Origin: Hemiscyllium ocellatum
Lineage: Eukaryota
Direction of reading: 5' to 3'
DNA: 64,000 nt
Assembly (NCBI RefSeq): GCF_020745735.1
Contig: NC_083407.1
Coordinates: 29,813,857-29,877,856 of the forward strand
The notes under the pieces are model-generated. The model was not told the DNA's origin. It did no database searches and saw nothing but the letters and a program-made list of their open reading frames with translations. Shown in pieces: positions 1-12,576 of the stretch (position 1 is its first letter; each line of letters begins with the position of its first letter). A program made the translations under genes and the position numbers.

Positions 1-800
1 TGGGGGATATTTTACCCAGCACTGGAGATTTAGCTGCTTTTAACTCTACCAGACCACTCAGAACCTCCTCTCTGTCAATGCTAATTTTTTTAAGTATATC
101 ACAGTTTTTCTTTATGATTTGTGTTCCTACATTGTCCCTCTCAGTGGTGAACATCAACACAAAGTATTCGTTTAGAACTTCTGGCTCCAAGCATAAATTG
201 TCACAGTTTCCTTAATGAGCCTCACACTTTTTCCCTAGTTGTCACTTTTTCCTTAATGCGCTTGTAAAATAACTTAGAATTTCCCTTTATTTTACCTGAC
301 ATTATTCTTTCATGCTGTGTTTTGCTCTCCTAATTTCCATTTTAAGGTTCTAATTACACATTCTGTACTCCCCTTGGATTTCTGCCATTTTGAGTCATCG
401 GGATCAGCTATCAGCTTCTTTAACCAATCCTGTATATTTCTTGATATCCGGTGTTTAGAGGATTTGTTGGCTCTACCTTTTGTCTTTACTGGAACATGTT
501 GACCCTGTACTTCCCTTGTTTCCTTCTTGAATGCATCCCACTGCTCTGACACTGATTTACATAACATCATCTATTCCCAGTCCATCTGGCCAAATCATAC
601 CTGATCTGATTAAAATTAGCCTACCCCTCATTTAGGACCTTGTTCCCAGATTCATCCCTGTCCTTTTCCAGAACAGTCTTGATCTAATTAGGATTGTTGC
701 CTGCAAAATGCTCCCCGACTAATACTTCAACCACTTGCGTGCTACATTACCTGAACTTAAGTCCAGGATCACCCTTAGTTTGTTTAGGGATCTTCTACAT
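1..800 (-). mobile_element. Degenerate CR1 LINE ORF2 fragment (region between APE and RT)
   Basis: Minus-strand translations include QWDAFKKETREVQGQHVPVKTKG, NEYF and KSPVLGKISP. These match WEAF..IQ..IPVRVKG, NEYFAS and KSPGPNQVYP in the CR1 copy at 16.7-17.3 kb. Confidence 0.8.
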
Positions 801-1774
801 CCTGGCCATTTTAGTGCTTTGTTCTGAGTTTAGTGTGTGCCTGAGCCCATTCTCATTGAGCACAAAAGTATAAGAGGATCCAACCCACTGGCTCAGACAA
901 ACCAAGACCATTCAAGATACAACCTTTGGTTGATGTTCAGTTATATAATAGATATCTGAGATACATCTGAATTATTTTTTCCAGTTTTTGAGGGACGGTT
1001 CAATCATTGGGTTGGAGGTCCTGCCAAAATCTCATTTCATGCTCAATCCTTGGCCTATAATAAGTTAGCCAAACGCAGTTCGAAAATATTTTAGTTGCTA
1101 TAATTCACTTTCTTTAGGAAGGCACGTAATGGATGGGATTCCCATTCTTTTGCTATCCAGTGGCTTTTCTCATTAAAAGATATGATAGTGATTCAAACCA
1201 AGAGAGAACGTCTCTGTTTTGGGTTTCTGTGTAGATTAGTTGCCCAAATTTTCTGGTCAAATTCATCTGTGATAGTTTAATTTGATTCCAAAGAGCTGCT
1301 GGAACCTACAAGGTCCCACACAGTTTAAGACATTTAGATTAGAAATTATAATGGAAGAAAAAAAGAGAGATGAAGACATTTTTCTTTAATAATTAGAGAA
1401 TTTTGAAAACGCAAAGGATGTCTCATCTGACATTTTTGCTGTTTTTTTTTAATTGGATGGCATAAGAACATGACATTTATAAGGGAGACAGATGCTTCGG
1501 AGGCTGACACTGATGGTTGCTGAGCTGAACTGCCGAAATACTTGGAGACATTGTTGTAAGATATAACAGAAAAGTCACAGATTTTTTGTATCTAATTGCA
1601 TGCTTTAACAATGCTAGTCGATTATTTAAAGGAATACCACATGCAATCATCCAGAGTCTATCATGTGATAACCTGCCGAGACACTTCACATTTTTGGAAT
1701 AGAATTTCTACTGGAGTTACCAGGCCCCATAACACATATTCAGAGATCATAAATCAGTCTTGGATCGAGTTTAT

Positions 1775-1866
1775 TGAAGAAGGGCTCATGCCCGAAACGT
1801 TGATTCTCCTGCTCCTTGGATGCTGCCTGACCTGCTGCGCTTTTCCAGCAACACATTTTCAGCTCC
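1775..1866 (+). mobile_element. Short Penelope-terminal derivative with hammerhead-like motif
   Basis: TGAAGA-A-GGGC-TCAT-GCCC-GAAACGTT is followed by the tail GGATGCTGCCTGACCTGCTG shared with the PLE end at 47.1 kb. A 7-bp direct repeat AGTTTAT lies at 1768-1774 and 1867-1873. Confidence 0.7.
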
Positions 1867-3359
1867 AGTTTATGTTTCCCCATCTTTGTATGACTTTCCC
1901 TTGGCCACATCCAACCATGAGGCAAATGATGAAATACATCAGACAGTGTATGTCTCTTCGTTTACACCTGAGTAACATTGATTCTTGGATATTGATGTTC
2001 AAGGTCAATATTCAAACTGGTGAAGAGCCACCACAGCCGATGCAGTCAATCATTTGCAATTGATTGGAAGGGCTAAGACTGTAAAGAATAATGGAGATGT
2101 ATCTTAATCATTTTCTTTCCCATCTTCTAGGCAGGGCTCACAGATTGGGCTGGAGATTCTGACAGGAGCCCACTAACAATTTATAAAGTTCTTGCGTCTT
2201 AAACTATCAGGTGATTCCCAGAAATGCCATTTGAAAGGGAGAAATTCCAACTCAGCCAACATTGCAGTTGAGCGCAGAGACTTGTTTCTCAGAGATTTTT
2301 GTTATTTTCAATGACACTTCTCCTAGAACCAAAAGTGGTGATCCCAGTTCATACCGACCTACCACATTCTTATCCTGGTATCACATCTCACTAAACCCCA
2401 CCCCTCCCAGACGACCTCCTCCCCCCACCCCCCCGGTGCCAATGGATCTTCAGCCTCAATCTGTGAGCTGCTGGAACTGCATGACCAATTCATTGATAAA
2501 ATGGAAAACGAAAACCTAACTGTAACTGTTATTTGGGTCTCATACCCACTCCATGGAGCAGGTGAAAAAAGCATGTCAGGGTTTTAATTCTGTACAGGTT
2601 CTGTACAATGCCTGGATTAATGCCACTGTTACTAAAATAAATAAATAGAAGTCACTGATAAAAAAAACTTAGCATGTCTGACAATGTCTGTGGAAAAAGA
2701 AAAAGATATAACATTTTGAGTCTAATACAACTGTTCTTCAAATCTGGCATCACAAACCAAGAATTTGACAGAATTAAAGTTTGTAAAGCTGGTTATAAAG
2801 TAAGATTTCAGCTGGAAGTATTTATAATAGCCTATCTGCCAAGGGATATGATTGACATGACTGCATAGTTGTGTAAATAAAAGATGTAATTGTGTGTAAT
2901 GTAGTCAATGCATTTGTGATAATTTGCAAAGTAGTATGTTTCTCTGCATCCTCAAGCAGTTCAACTATAATGTCAACCCTTTGTCCACTCCAAAAGCATT
3001 TCTGATTCCAGCCTGTTTCTCAAGTTTCATTGTACAAGACAACAACAACAACAAGCAAAGGATTGAGTTAGCACCAATTTCATCCAAACGTTATAAACTG
3101 TATGCATTTTATTAGGCCAGGATTACAGATTGGCAATTATTCTACAACTCTGGACTCCCCTGGTGAATTGTTTGTTTAGTCCACATGAACTGCTTGTTTA
3201 AAACTGGAATTTTTACATTTTTATTCATTTCCTATTGGATTTTTTTTAGCTGGAGGATGGGTATATATTTGCACACACATGGAAATACTCCAAAATGTAC
3301 TTGTTATTCTTTAGTCCAGGAAACATCCCGTATACTATATAAAGTCATATTGAGTAAGG

Positions 3360-3460
3360 GCAGGAGTAGGACCTTCAGCCTCCTGAAGCTGCTTCACTAT
3401 TCAATTCGATCGTAGCTGATCTTCTACCCCAATTCCATTGTCCTGAATGTCACTTACCAC
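3360..3460 (-). mobile_element. CR1 3' UTR fragment
   Basis: GCAGGAGTAGGACCTTCAGCC is the reverse complement of the GGGCTGAATGGCCTACTCCTG-type CR1 tail seen at 5490. Confidence 0.5.
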
Positions 3461-3900
3461 TTGATAATTTACAACAGTGGTGAAGTGGTCTTACATCTTC
3501 AAAGTGCTTCCACGCCATCACAGAAATACTCAACAGTAAGAAGGAGTCAAATTGATTACTGGCTTTATGAAGTCTGGGGAGAGGGCAGAGGTTAACCATG
3601 TTGATCATGAATTTATCTTTAGATAGTCAAACATATTTTACACGCTTAACTTATGCGCATAATCCTAGTTGTATAGGTATTACTGAAAACTGATCGTAAT
3701 CACTTGGAAACCTTCCCTGTGCTAAATTCACAGCATCAATTTAAAATGAGAATAAAATAATTCAAAAATTGACTTTTGTACAGTGCTACTTTGTTGTTGC
3801 GATAAGGAGATCCAGAATATAATTTATACTTTTGACAAGAATGGTAAGATTTATTATCTTTCCTTCTCTTTATTTGAAAGAAGGATGCAATTAAATTTGA

Positions 3901-4096
3901 CAGCATCTTTGGAGAGAAATCAAAATTAATGTTCAGGTCCAGTGACCCTTCCTCAGAACTTCACACCTACTTTGAGTTCTGAGGAAGGTCACTGGACACA
4001 AAAAGGTAAGTGTAATTTTTCTTCACAGATACTGCCAGACCGGCTGAGTTTTTCCAACGATTTGTGTTTTTGTTTCTGATTTCCTGCATCAGCAGT
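3901..4096. mobile_element. Inverted dimer of Penelope-terminal sequence (hammerhead-like cores at centre)
   Basis: GTCCAGTGACCCTTCCTCAGAACT (3937-3960) is nearly the reverse complement of AGTTCTGAGGAAGGTCACTGGAC (3975-3997), and the arms extend outward. CTGAGGA core at 3979-3985. Confidence 0.7.
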
Positions 4097-4229
4097 TAGA
4101 TTAGATTACTTACAGCGTGGAAACAGACAAAACAAACCTTCCCAAGGTTCTTCAAAGGCATCTAATCAGACAAAATCAACCAAAGTAAGTTATAAATAAT
4201 GAGGATAGATCAGGTATTTTCTCGATGGT

Positions 4230-5525
4230 GTTAAGATAAATTCAGTGGATGTCCAAAGAGGCTTGGGTGTTCAGGTGCATCGATTATTAAAATGTCATAA
4301 ACATGCAGGAAATAACCAAGAAAGGTAATAGATTGTTGGTCTTTGTATCTAAGGGACTGGAGTACACAATGCAAAAGTTATATTTCACCTCTATAAAATC
4401 CTAGTTGGACTCCAATTGGAGGACTGTGAACATATCTGGCACAACACCTTTGGAAGGCTATATTAAACCCTGAGGCAGCACAACATAGATTTACATGAAT
4501 GGTACCTGGACTTTGGAGGTTATGAGGAGAGATTATACCAATTAAACCTATTTTCTCGAGAATGTTTGGTCAGTGCATTGAGTATAGGTGATGCTGTGAC
4601 CGTACAGGATATTGGTTAGGTCACTTTTAGATATGCTGAGTGAAATTCTGGTCTCCCTGCTAAAGTAAGGATGTTGTAAAACTTGAAAGGGTTCAGAAAA
4701 TATTTACAAGGATGTTGACAGTGTTGTAGGGCTTAAGCTATAAGGAGAAGCTGAAGAGGCTGGGGATATTTTCCCTGGAGTGTCGGAGGCTGAGGGGTGA
4801 CTTTATGGCGGTTACTAAAGTCATGAGGGGCATGAGTTGGGTAAATAGGCAAGGCCTTTTCCCCAGGGTGGCAGAGTTCAGAACTAGAGGACATAGGTTT
4901 TAGGTGAGAGGGGAAAGATTTAAGAGGGATCTAAAGCACAATTTCTTCATGCAGAGGGTACTGTGTGTATGAAATGAGTTGCCAGAGAAAATAGTGGAGG
5001 TTGGTACAATTACAATATTTAAAGGCATTGGGTGGAAATGTGAATAGCAAGGATTTACAGGAAAATAGGCCAAATGCTGGAAAAAGTGACTAGATGAATT
5101 TAGGATATCTGGGCATCATGAATGATTTGGACCAAAGCACCATGACTCTATGACTCTAATTTAGAAGGCTAAAGGGTGGTCTGATTGAACTCTTCAAGGT
5201 ATTAATAAGAAAAGACAGTGCAGATAAAGATTCCAGAATTAGGAGGCTTAGTCCAAAGATTAGGGCCAGATCATTGAGGAGAGATGTTATGAAGTACTTC
5301 TACATAAAACATTGAGGTTTGGAACTGTCTTACACAAACAACAGTTGATGTTAGATCAGTTGTTAATTTTAAATCTAAGATAGATAATCTTTTGTTAAGT
5401 AAAGTTATTAAGGAATATAGGGCAAAGCAAGTATATGGAATTAGATTACAAATCAACCATGATGTTGAATGGCAGAACATACTCGAGGGGCTGAATGGCC
5501 TACTCCTGTTCCTGTATCTTATGAG
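4230..5525 (+). mobile_element. Older CR1 LINE 3' fragment, interrupted by a HER1-like insertion
   Basis: ORF2 C-terminal similarity breaks at ~4560 (LFS.E) and resumes at ~5160 (FRRLKGGLIELFK). Ends in the tail GGGCTGAATGGCCTACTCCTGTTCCTGTATCTTATG. Confidence 0.75.
4595..5158 (+). mobile_element. HER1-like CR1 LINE, 5'-truncated 3' end
   Basis: Collinear with 18270-18838; ends in CATGACTCTATGACTCTA terminal repeats. Confidence 0.85.
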
Positions 5526-7891
5526 CTGCAATTAACAGGCTGCAATTAATAGTTTTTAAGGTTGGTCTTAAAAGAAGAGATCAAGGAGGAAGGCAGATAT
5601 AATTGAACAGGAAATCACAAAGCTTAAGATCTAGAAATGAAAAGACATACCTTTACATGAGCAAATTGTGTTAGTAGGGTAGTACAAATTGTTAACAACA
5701 TGAAACAATACCATAAAAGGCTGATTTCTAGCTGTTCAGTGCCAAAAATCATCAGGCACTCTCAATATCTACTCAATCCTACCTTAAAATTTTCTATGCC
5801 ATCTGTCTCCATTACATCCTTCCTGCACAGTTCACCAAACCTTACATGTAAAGCAATTAAAACAAGCTATCTATACACCTTGCCTATTCTCAGCTTCACT
5901 CACTCTTGTCTAATCCTGGAGTCTGTGGCAACCTTGAATATGACCGGGGTTCAATATTTTAGCATTGATCACAAGTGGAAGAGTGTTAATGGCAAGATTT
6001 ACATCATGAAATAATTATATGTCACGAGGCAATATTCTAGTATCACCCCTTTGAGTCTTGACTTGACAAGCCACTCCACGGAACGACAGGCTAGCTGTTC
6101 CAGTGCTGCATTGATCTGATGTTAAATAGCCAGCATGTTCGACTGCACAAATGGCAAGATTATAAACTAGCCTTTTTACCTGATTATCTACATCAGCAAA
6201 TTTAAATTTTATGTCCTATTTAAGGCTTTTATCTGTATTACATTAACGCCTAAATAAAGTTTCATATAAATTGGACTCAGGAGATGGTTTGTCAAATATA
6301 AAAAATAGTGCTGTGCAGGTGAACAGATTCAGACATTGTGGAAACTGCATTTTTTTTCTTAAACCTGAAGTTGTTCTTCTGCTTTGGGACTGTGTGGGGA
6401 GAAGTGTTACCTGACAAGCTTTTATAGTGCTTTAATACAAAGGAATTTAAATGGAGATTAATTTCAGGGTTTTTTTTGCTTGCTCAGTACTTGCAAAACT
6501 AAACTAATTCATTTTCTTTCTCTTAATGATCCTCCTCTCTGATTACTGTATGGTAATCTAATCGTGCTTATGATGGTATCTAAATCATGCAGACTTTAAG
6601 GTGATTGGAATTGCTCTGTGTATTAAAAACCAATTTCAGAATAATAATGAAAAGTAATTGTGGAAAATTTTCAATTAATATTTTGCTAACAAAAATGACT
6701 TTTCGAAGTTTGGGGTTTTTATGCCAATTAATTCTGGTTGAGAAGATAAATCAAAGGGAGCTGATTTGTTTTTTCCCCAGGAAGGAATTTAACTGCCATG
6801 GGCTGGTTTCCTAGCAATAACTCCACAACGGGTCTCAGGCTTTAAGACCCCTGCCCTCTTGGAGGAAGTTCTTTAGGTGTCTTTTACACATCCACTCTCT
6901 AGATCTGCTTTGTTAGATTTTGAAGCTTTGTCGGCTGTCAGCTCTGTCTCTTAAGGGGTCCTGACGGATCCTGCTAGGCAAAAAAAAATCAATTTTAAAA
7001 TCACATGCCCCGATGGGTGCCAAAACTGCTTCACAGAACCTGAAAGATGGCTGAGTCGACAGGATTTGACTTCCAGAGGTAGAAAGGTGACAAACTCTAT
7101 CATGAGAAATGGGCAGCTGTGGGCCTCAGGAGCCTAACCTGCTCTCCAGATTCAGAGGAGGCTGTTTATTGAACCTATTTATCTCTTTCAGGAGCCTAAG
7201 GTACCACGGGACAGAAAAGTTTGCTCAAATGCTGGCAAATTCAGGGGTGTAAATGATGAATTACTTTTCATCAGCTGAAAGGAAACATACTCCGGAACAA
7301 TACTGAAAGGGAGCAGGAGTGTCTGACCTCCCGCTTCAGAGCAGCCAATATCTTCATTCAAGAAGACAACCATGAAATTACACAGAAAATGGGATTGTCA
7401 TGAACAGCCCTTGAAATCTCAGCGTACAGTCATTACTGCATGGGAAAAGCCTTCATCCACACATCATAACTTGAAACAGACAGGACGAAAAATAAAGCAG
7501 GCCCTAGAGTTACCAGAACAAAAAAAATTGCACTGCTGCCCTTCTTAGTATTACTGTGGACTCTGTTTACTGTCTTGCTTTGAGCTCAGCAGGTTTAGAA
7601 GCAAAGCGATAGACAGAGGCTCAAATATCTATTTCCAGCTGGTGCCACACAAAAGACAGGAAGTCATTTAATCGATGGGGCACCAGCTTTATGCAAATAG
7701 TTGGAACAAAAAGACTTCCCTTCATACTTTTTCATAAGTGACCTAATAATGCGAAGAAATGGGCATATTCATGGAGCTTGCTTGTATTTTTAGCACAACG
7801 CCCGGTCTGTTGCTCAGAATGTGGCTTAAGTTCCTCAGTTCAAAAGACCCGTTTATGGAGAGAGAGAGAGAAAAAAATTCACTCAAAAATG

Positions 7892-8190
7892 TTTTATTTC
7901 TGAACAGCCCGAAGTTACTTTTATGGCATGCAATTAACATAATTAGTCGCAGCAAATAGATGACATAAGTGATGTGCTGGAAGAAAGGAGCAAGTATCTT
8001 TGGAAGGTATTTTAAGTGTTTTCCAATTTTCAAAGCGATCTTCAATTGAACGTCTCTTTTTATTTCTGAACAGCCTTGAGTTACTTATACTGCATGAAAT
8101 TCACATAATTAGATGCAGCCGACAGATGACATTAGCAATGTGCCATAAGAACGAGGTCAGTCTCCTTTGAAAGACAGTTAGTGTTCTCTT
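7892..8190. repeat. Diverged two-copy tandem duplication of unique sequence (period 166 bp)
   Basis: 7892-7985 versus 8058-8151 align without gaps at 75/94 nt by hand count; weaker similarity continues ~35 nt further. Confidence 0.85.
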
Positions 8191-8659
8191 CTGTCATTAA
8201 TTTGTAGTTTCAAAGCAGTGAACATATGACAGTCTCCAAAGCCAAGCCACTCACAGTTATCAGTAAATGACCATTTTCACTCCTACTTTAAAATTCAAGT
8301 TTATTCAGCTACTGATGAAAACTAATTTACAGAGCGCAGTAGCCATATCAAAGCTCATTGTAGTGTACAATATTATGGCCCATTTTCATCAAGAAGCATT
8401 GTAAAAATTGATTGTTATGTACCTGTTCACATGAGTTGCAAAAACCAAACATACATATATATTACCCTAAGGCAAGACAACATCAAGGACATTGTTTTCT
8501 TGAACATTTCCATTTCATTATCAGAATACTGATGCAGGTGAGGATGAAGTACCTGTAACCAAACATGTAAAAATATTTTTAATGATAAACAATCTTGGGA
8601 GTGGTATTAACACATGCCCAAAATTTATTAAAGCAGGACAACATGCAGCATAGAAAGAT

Positions 8660-8740
8660 GCAAGTACTGGAGAAACTCAGCATGTCTGTCAGTATCTGTG
8701 GAAAGAGAAACAAGGTTAACATTTCAAGTCCAATATGATG
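8660..8740 (-). mobile_element. Penelope-terminal derivative fragment
   Basis: CTGGAGAAACTCAGCA...ATCTGTGGAAAGAGAAACAAGGTTAACATTTCAAGTCCAATATGA matches the left arm of the 61.7-62.0 kb inverted dimer. Confidence 0.55.
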
Positions 8741-9269
8741 GTGGTAAGTTGGCATTCTGAGCTCAGGGCTTGCCCACTCCGTCCACTTTTCTTTTTGTTT
8801 CATTATATTTTCTGTCTTCTCTCTGTTTCTTTTTCTTTCATTATATTTTACTTACCTCTTGGTGAAGCCCTTAGTCCCAGTGATGACAGGTAGGCCCAGC
8901 ATCATGGACTCATGGCAGCAATAACCAAGGGGAATTCGTGGTCCTGGCAGCTTCTGTCATGGCGGTCCTAGTGCCAGCTCACCATCTAGTTCAGCCTTCT
9001 GGTGAGGAAGGAGATTCCAGGAGGTTGCAGCAGCGGAGTAGACCTGGCTCTTCCTTGCAGCTGCTCAGTCGGCAGCTGAGACGAGACCATTTGATGTCCC
9101 TGGCATGGCCAGAGGGGGTCTGGCCTCCCGAGCACATGTGATAGTGGTGGCAGGAGTCGGCTGCTTGGGGAGACTGAGCCCATCATCGAGGGAGCAAACC
9201 GTTGGAGAGATCATCACGGTAGCGTTTGTGGCAGCAACAGCAGCAATAGCAGGATGGACTTTGGAGGGA

Positions 9270-10567
9270 TATGGGGGGATCAGATAGAAACTTACAAAAT
9301 ACTGAATGGCCTGGACAGAGTGAACGTTGGAAAGATGTTTCCATTGGCTGGAGAAACAAGGACACAGGAGCACATCCTTCGAGTGAAGGGAAGACCCTTT
9401 ACAAAGAGATTAGTAAGTTTGCAGATGACACCAAAATTGGAGGTGTAGTGGACAGCAAAGAGGGTTACCTCAGATTACAACAGGATCTGGACCAGATGGG
9501 CCAATGGGCTGAGAAGTGGCAGATGGAGTTTAATTCAGATAAATGTGAGGTGCTGCATTTTGGGAAAGCAAATCTTAGCAGGACTTAATGGTAGGGTCCT
9601 AGAGAGTGTTGCTGAACAAAGAGACCTTGGAGTGCAGGTTTTTATCTCCTTGAAAGTGGAGTCGCAGGTAGATAGGATAGTGATCAAGGCATTTGGTATG
9701 CTTTCCTTTATTGGTCAGAGTATTAAGTACAGGATTTGGGAGGTCATGTTGGGACTGTACAGGACATTGGTTAGGCCACTGTTGGAATATTGCGTGCAAT
9801 TCTGGACTCCTGCCTATCAAAAAGATATTTGAAACTTGAAAGGGTTCAGAAAAAATTTACAAGGATGTTGCCAAGGTTGGAGGATCAGAGCTACAGGGAG
9901 AGGCTGAACAGGTTGGGGCTGTTTTCCCTGGAACGTCAGAGACTGTGGGGTGACCTTATAGAGGTTTACAAAATTATGAGGGGCATGGATAGGATAAATA
10001 GGCAGTCTTTTCCCTGGGGTTAGGGAGTCCTGAACTAGGGGACATAGGTTTAGGGTGAGAGGGGAAAGATATAAAAGAGACCTAAGGTGCAACTTTTTCA
10101 CACAGAGTGTGGTACATGTATGGAATGAGTTGCCAGAGGATGTGATGGACGCTGGTACAATTGCAACATTGAAGAGGCATTTGGATGGGTATATGAATAG
10201 GAAGGATTTGGAGGGATATGGGCCGGGTGCTGGCAGGTGGGACTAGATTGGGTTGGGATATCTGGTCGGCATGGATAGGTTGGACCGAAGGGTCTGTTTC
10301 CATGCTGTACATCTCTATGATTCTCTATGACTCTATCTTTAGACAGAGAGTGGTGAATCAGTGACATTCACTGCCACAGCAGGCTGTGGAGGCCAGGTCA
10401 TTGACTTTATTTAAAACAGAGATAGATAGGTTGTGGATTGGAAAAGGATCAAAAGTTATGGGGAGAAGGCAAGAAAATGGGGTTGAAAAACCTATAATGG
10501 AATGGCAGAGCAGACTCGATGGGCTGAATGGCCTAATTTCTGCTCCTATGTCTTTTAGTTTTATGGA
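9270..10567 (+). mobile_element. CR1 LINE 3' fragment (second family) interrupted by a HER1-like copy
   Basis: GDQIETYKILNGLDRVNVGKMFPLAGETRT..LRVKGRPF (9270-9405) continues after the insert as QRVVN..LPQQAVEARSL..FKTEIDR; ends in the tail GGGCTGAATGGCCTAATTTCTGCTCCTATG. Confidence 0.8.
9410..10336 (+). mobile_element. HER1-like CR1 LINE, 5'-truncated (RT C-terminal part plus 3' UTR)
   Basis: Starts at SKFADDTKIGG and includes RPLLEYCVQFW; very similar to 17916-18838; ends in CTCTATGA-type repeats. Confidence 0.92.
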
Positions 10568-11127
10568 TCAATTGGTGAGTGATGGCACCGGAGCGAGACA
10601 TCTTCTACGTTGGTTAGACCAGCGCAGTACTTGAGGTAGGCTTGGCGGCATCGGCTTTTCGCAGCAGGACAGCCTCTGCAGTCAGGCGTTGGTCAGCTGC
10701 GGCAATGCGGCAATCCGGATGGATCGACAGGAGCAGTGATTGCTTTGGCAGCGGCATGGTTTGCCCTGTGCGGGGACTTCTGAAATGGACTGTGCAGGGA
10801 AAGCTTGGTAAAGAGGAGGAAATCAAGCACCTATCGGAAGTGCGATCCCAGAGCGGCTAAACACTTTCAAAATGTTTGACATTCAGCTTTATTTCTTTAC
10901 TCCTCTACTTAATGTCAAGAATTACTGTAATGTTTAACTTTTATCCTTGTTCTTTCTTTTTACCTTGTTCTTATGATTCTGCACCTAGGTACTTGTATCT
11001 GAGATAACACTTTGTGTGGAGACTTTAAATTGCTGGGGTGTTGGGAAAGACTCTTGGGAAGACAATACCTGTAAGGGCTGGACCTGAACAGAGCTGGGAC
11101 TGAGTTCCTCGGTAGATGACCTACGTG

Positions 11128-11416
11128 GGTCTGTGTAGAGTTTTCACATTCTACACGTGTCTGCAATGGGTTTCCTCTAGGTGCTCCAGTTTCCTCCCAC
11201 AATCCAAAAGTGTGCAGATTAGGTAGATTGGCCATGCTAAATTGCCCACAGAGTCCAGGAATGTGCAGGCTGGGTGGATTAGAATTGGTAAATGTAAGGT
11301 TACAAGGTTAGGGTAGAGGGTGGGACTAGATCGGATGCCCTTCCAAGATCAGTGTGAACTTAATGGACTAAATGGCCAACTTCCACACTGTCGTGATTCT
11401 CTGGTTCTGTGATTCT
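11128..11416 (+). mobile_element. HE1-type SINE, 5'-truncated
   Basis: Core TCCTCCCACAATCCAAAAGTGTGCAG..ATTGGCCATGCTAAATTGCCC is shared with 12252-12576; ends in (GATTCT)-type repeats. Confidence 0.8.
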
Positions 11417-11801
11417 AGTGGGAAGAATGTAGAGGAACAAATCTACAGGAAAATTACAAAGAGATACCAACAGTATAGGATAGTTAAAATGGGCAACATT
11501 AATTATCCAAATATAGATTGGGATATTGGATAAGGGGCAGGTAGGAATAAACATTCTTATATTGTGTTCAGAGAATTTCCTGCAGCAGTATATGTTGACT
11601 CCAAGAGTAAAGAATGTACTGTTGGTCTTGGTTCCTAGAAATAAGGTAGGCTGAATGAATTAAGTGTCAGATGCAGAACGTTTAGGAGACATAATCAATA
11701 TATCATAAAATTTACAACAACGGTGGGGAATGACAATGGCTATTTCCGAGTAAGCAAAATCAGTTTTTGTAAAGTTGACTTCAATCAGGCAAAAATTGAC
11801 C

Positions 11802-11986
11802 TGAGTGTAGTGCTGAAAAAGCACAGCAGGTCAGGCAGCATCTGAGAAGCAGGAGAATCAATGGATGAAGGGTTTATGCCCAAAACATCGATTTTCCTGC
11901 TCCTCGGATGCTGCCTGACCGACTGTGCTTTTCTAGCACCACAACCTTGACTCTGATCTCCAATATCTGCAGTTCTCACTTTCTCT
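11802..11986. mobile_element. Inverted dimer of Penelope-terminal sequence with 12-bp TSD
   Basis: Arms AAAGCACAGCAGGTCAGGCAGCATC and GATGCTGCCTGACCGACTGTGCTTT; central GATGAAGGGTTTATGCCCAAAAC; TSD CAAAAATTGACC at 11790-11801 and 11987-11998. Confidence 0.8.
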
Positions 11987-12251
11987 CAAAAATTGACCGG
12001 GGATGGATAGACTAGAAGGAAAAGTTTGTATGGTAAACTGGAGCTGAGGAGATGGTTTGGGTATCGTCAAGGTATATTTCAACAAAAACAAAAGATAGAA
12101 CAAGCAAATCTAGAAGTCTCCAGGTTAAAAGGAAGAGATTGAAATTAAAATAAATTTTAAAAATGTCAGTTAGAAAATGTATCGAGAACCAAACTAAAAA
12201 TACAGATGGTTTAAAAGAGAGGTGAGAAAACTATTAGAGGAAAAATATTAA

Positions 12252-12576
12252 GGGTGGCACAATCACTCAGTGGTTAGTACTGCTGCCTCACAGTGCCAGG
12301 GACCTGGGTTCGATTCCAGCCTCAGGTGACTGTGTGGAATTTGCACGTTCTCCCTGTGTCTGTATTGGTTTCCTCCTGGTGCTCCGATTTCCTCCCACAA
12401 TCCAAAGATGTGCAGGATTGGCCATGCTAAATTGCCCCTAGTGTTCAGGGATTTATAGGTTAGGTGCATTAGACAGGGATAAATATAGGGTAGGGGGAAT
12501 GGGTCTGGGTGGGTTACTCTTCGGAGTGTATACTTGTTGGGCCAAAGGGCCTGTTTCCACATTGTAGGGAGTCTAT
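12252..12576 (+). mobile_element. HE1-type tRNA-derived SINE, near full length
   Basis: tRNA-like head with A-box-like CAGTGG and B box GGTTCGATTCC (12307-12317); CR1-like tail TTGGGCCAAAGGGCCTGTTTCCAC. Confidence 0.88.

Larger units (their letters stand above)
8755..11025 (+). mobile_element. Unclassified GC-rich interspersed repeat split by nested CR1 insertions
   Basis: GC/GGC-rich blocks at 8870-9270 and 10570-10860 flank the CR1 nest. The 3' end GCACCTAGGTACTTGTATCTGAGAT..GGAGACTT resembles 58370-58430. Confidence 0.4.

Noticed and set aside
1596-2063. 155-aa ORF
   Set aside because: Runs through a Penelope-terminal insertion (LLLLGCCLTCCAFPA recurs in other copies); no recognisable domain.
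7691-7698. Octamer as an immunoglobulin V-gene or snRNA promoter
   Set aside because: No leader or V exon, recombination signal or snRNA body was recognised nearby.
9397-10349. Apparent 13-bp TSD around the HER1-like insert
   Set aside because: The two flanks (11/13 match) correspond to different parts of the host CR1 (F.TE versus F.QRVV), so a small target deletion explains them equally well.
12252-12325. tRNA gene
   Set aside because: The A/B-box head continues into HE1 body and tail; it is a SINE head, as are the other copies.
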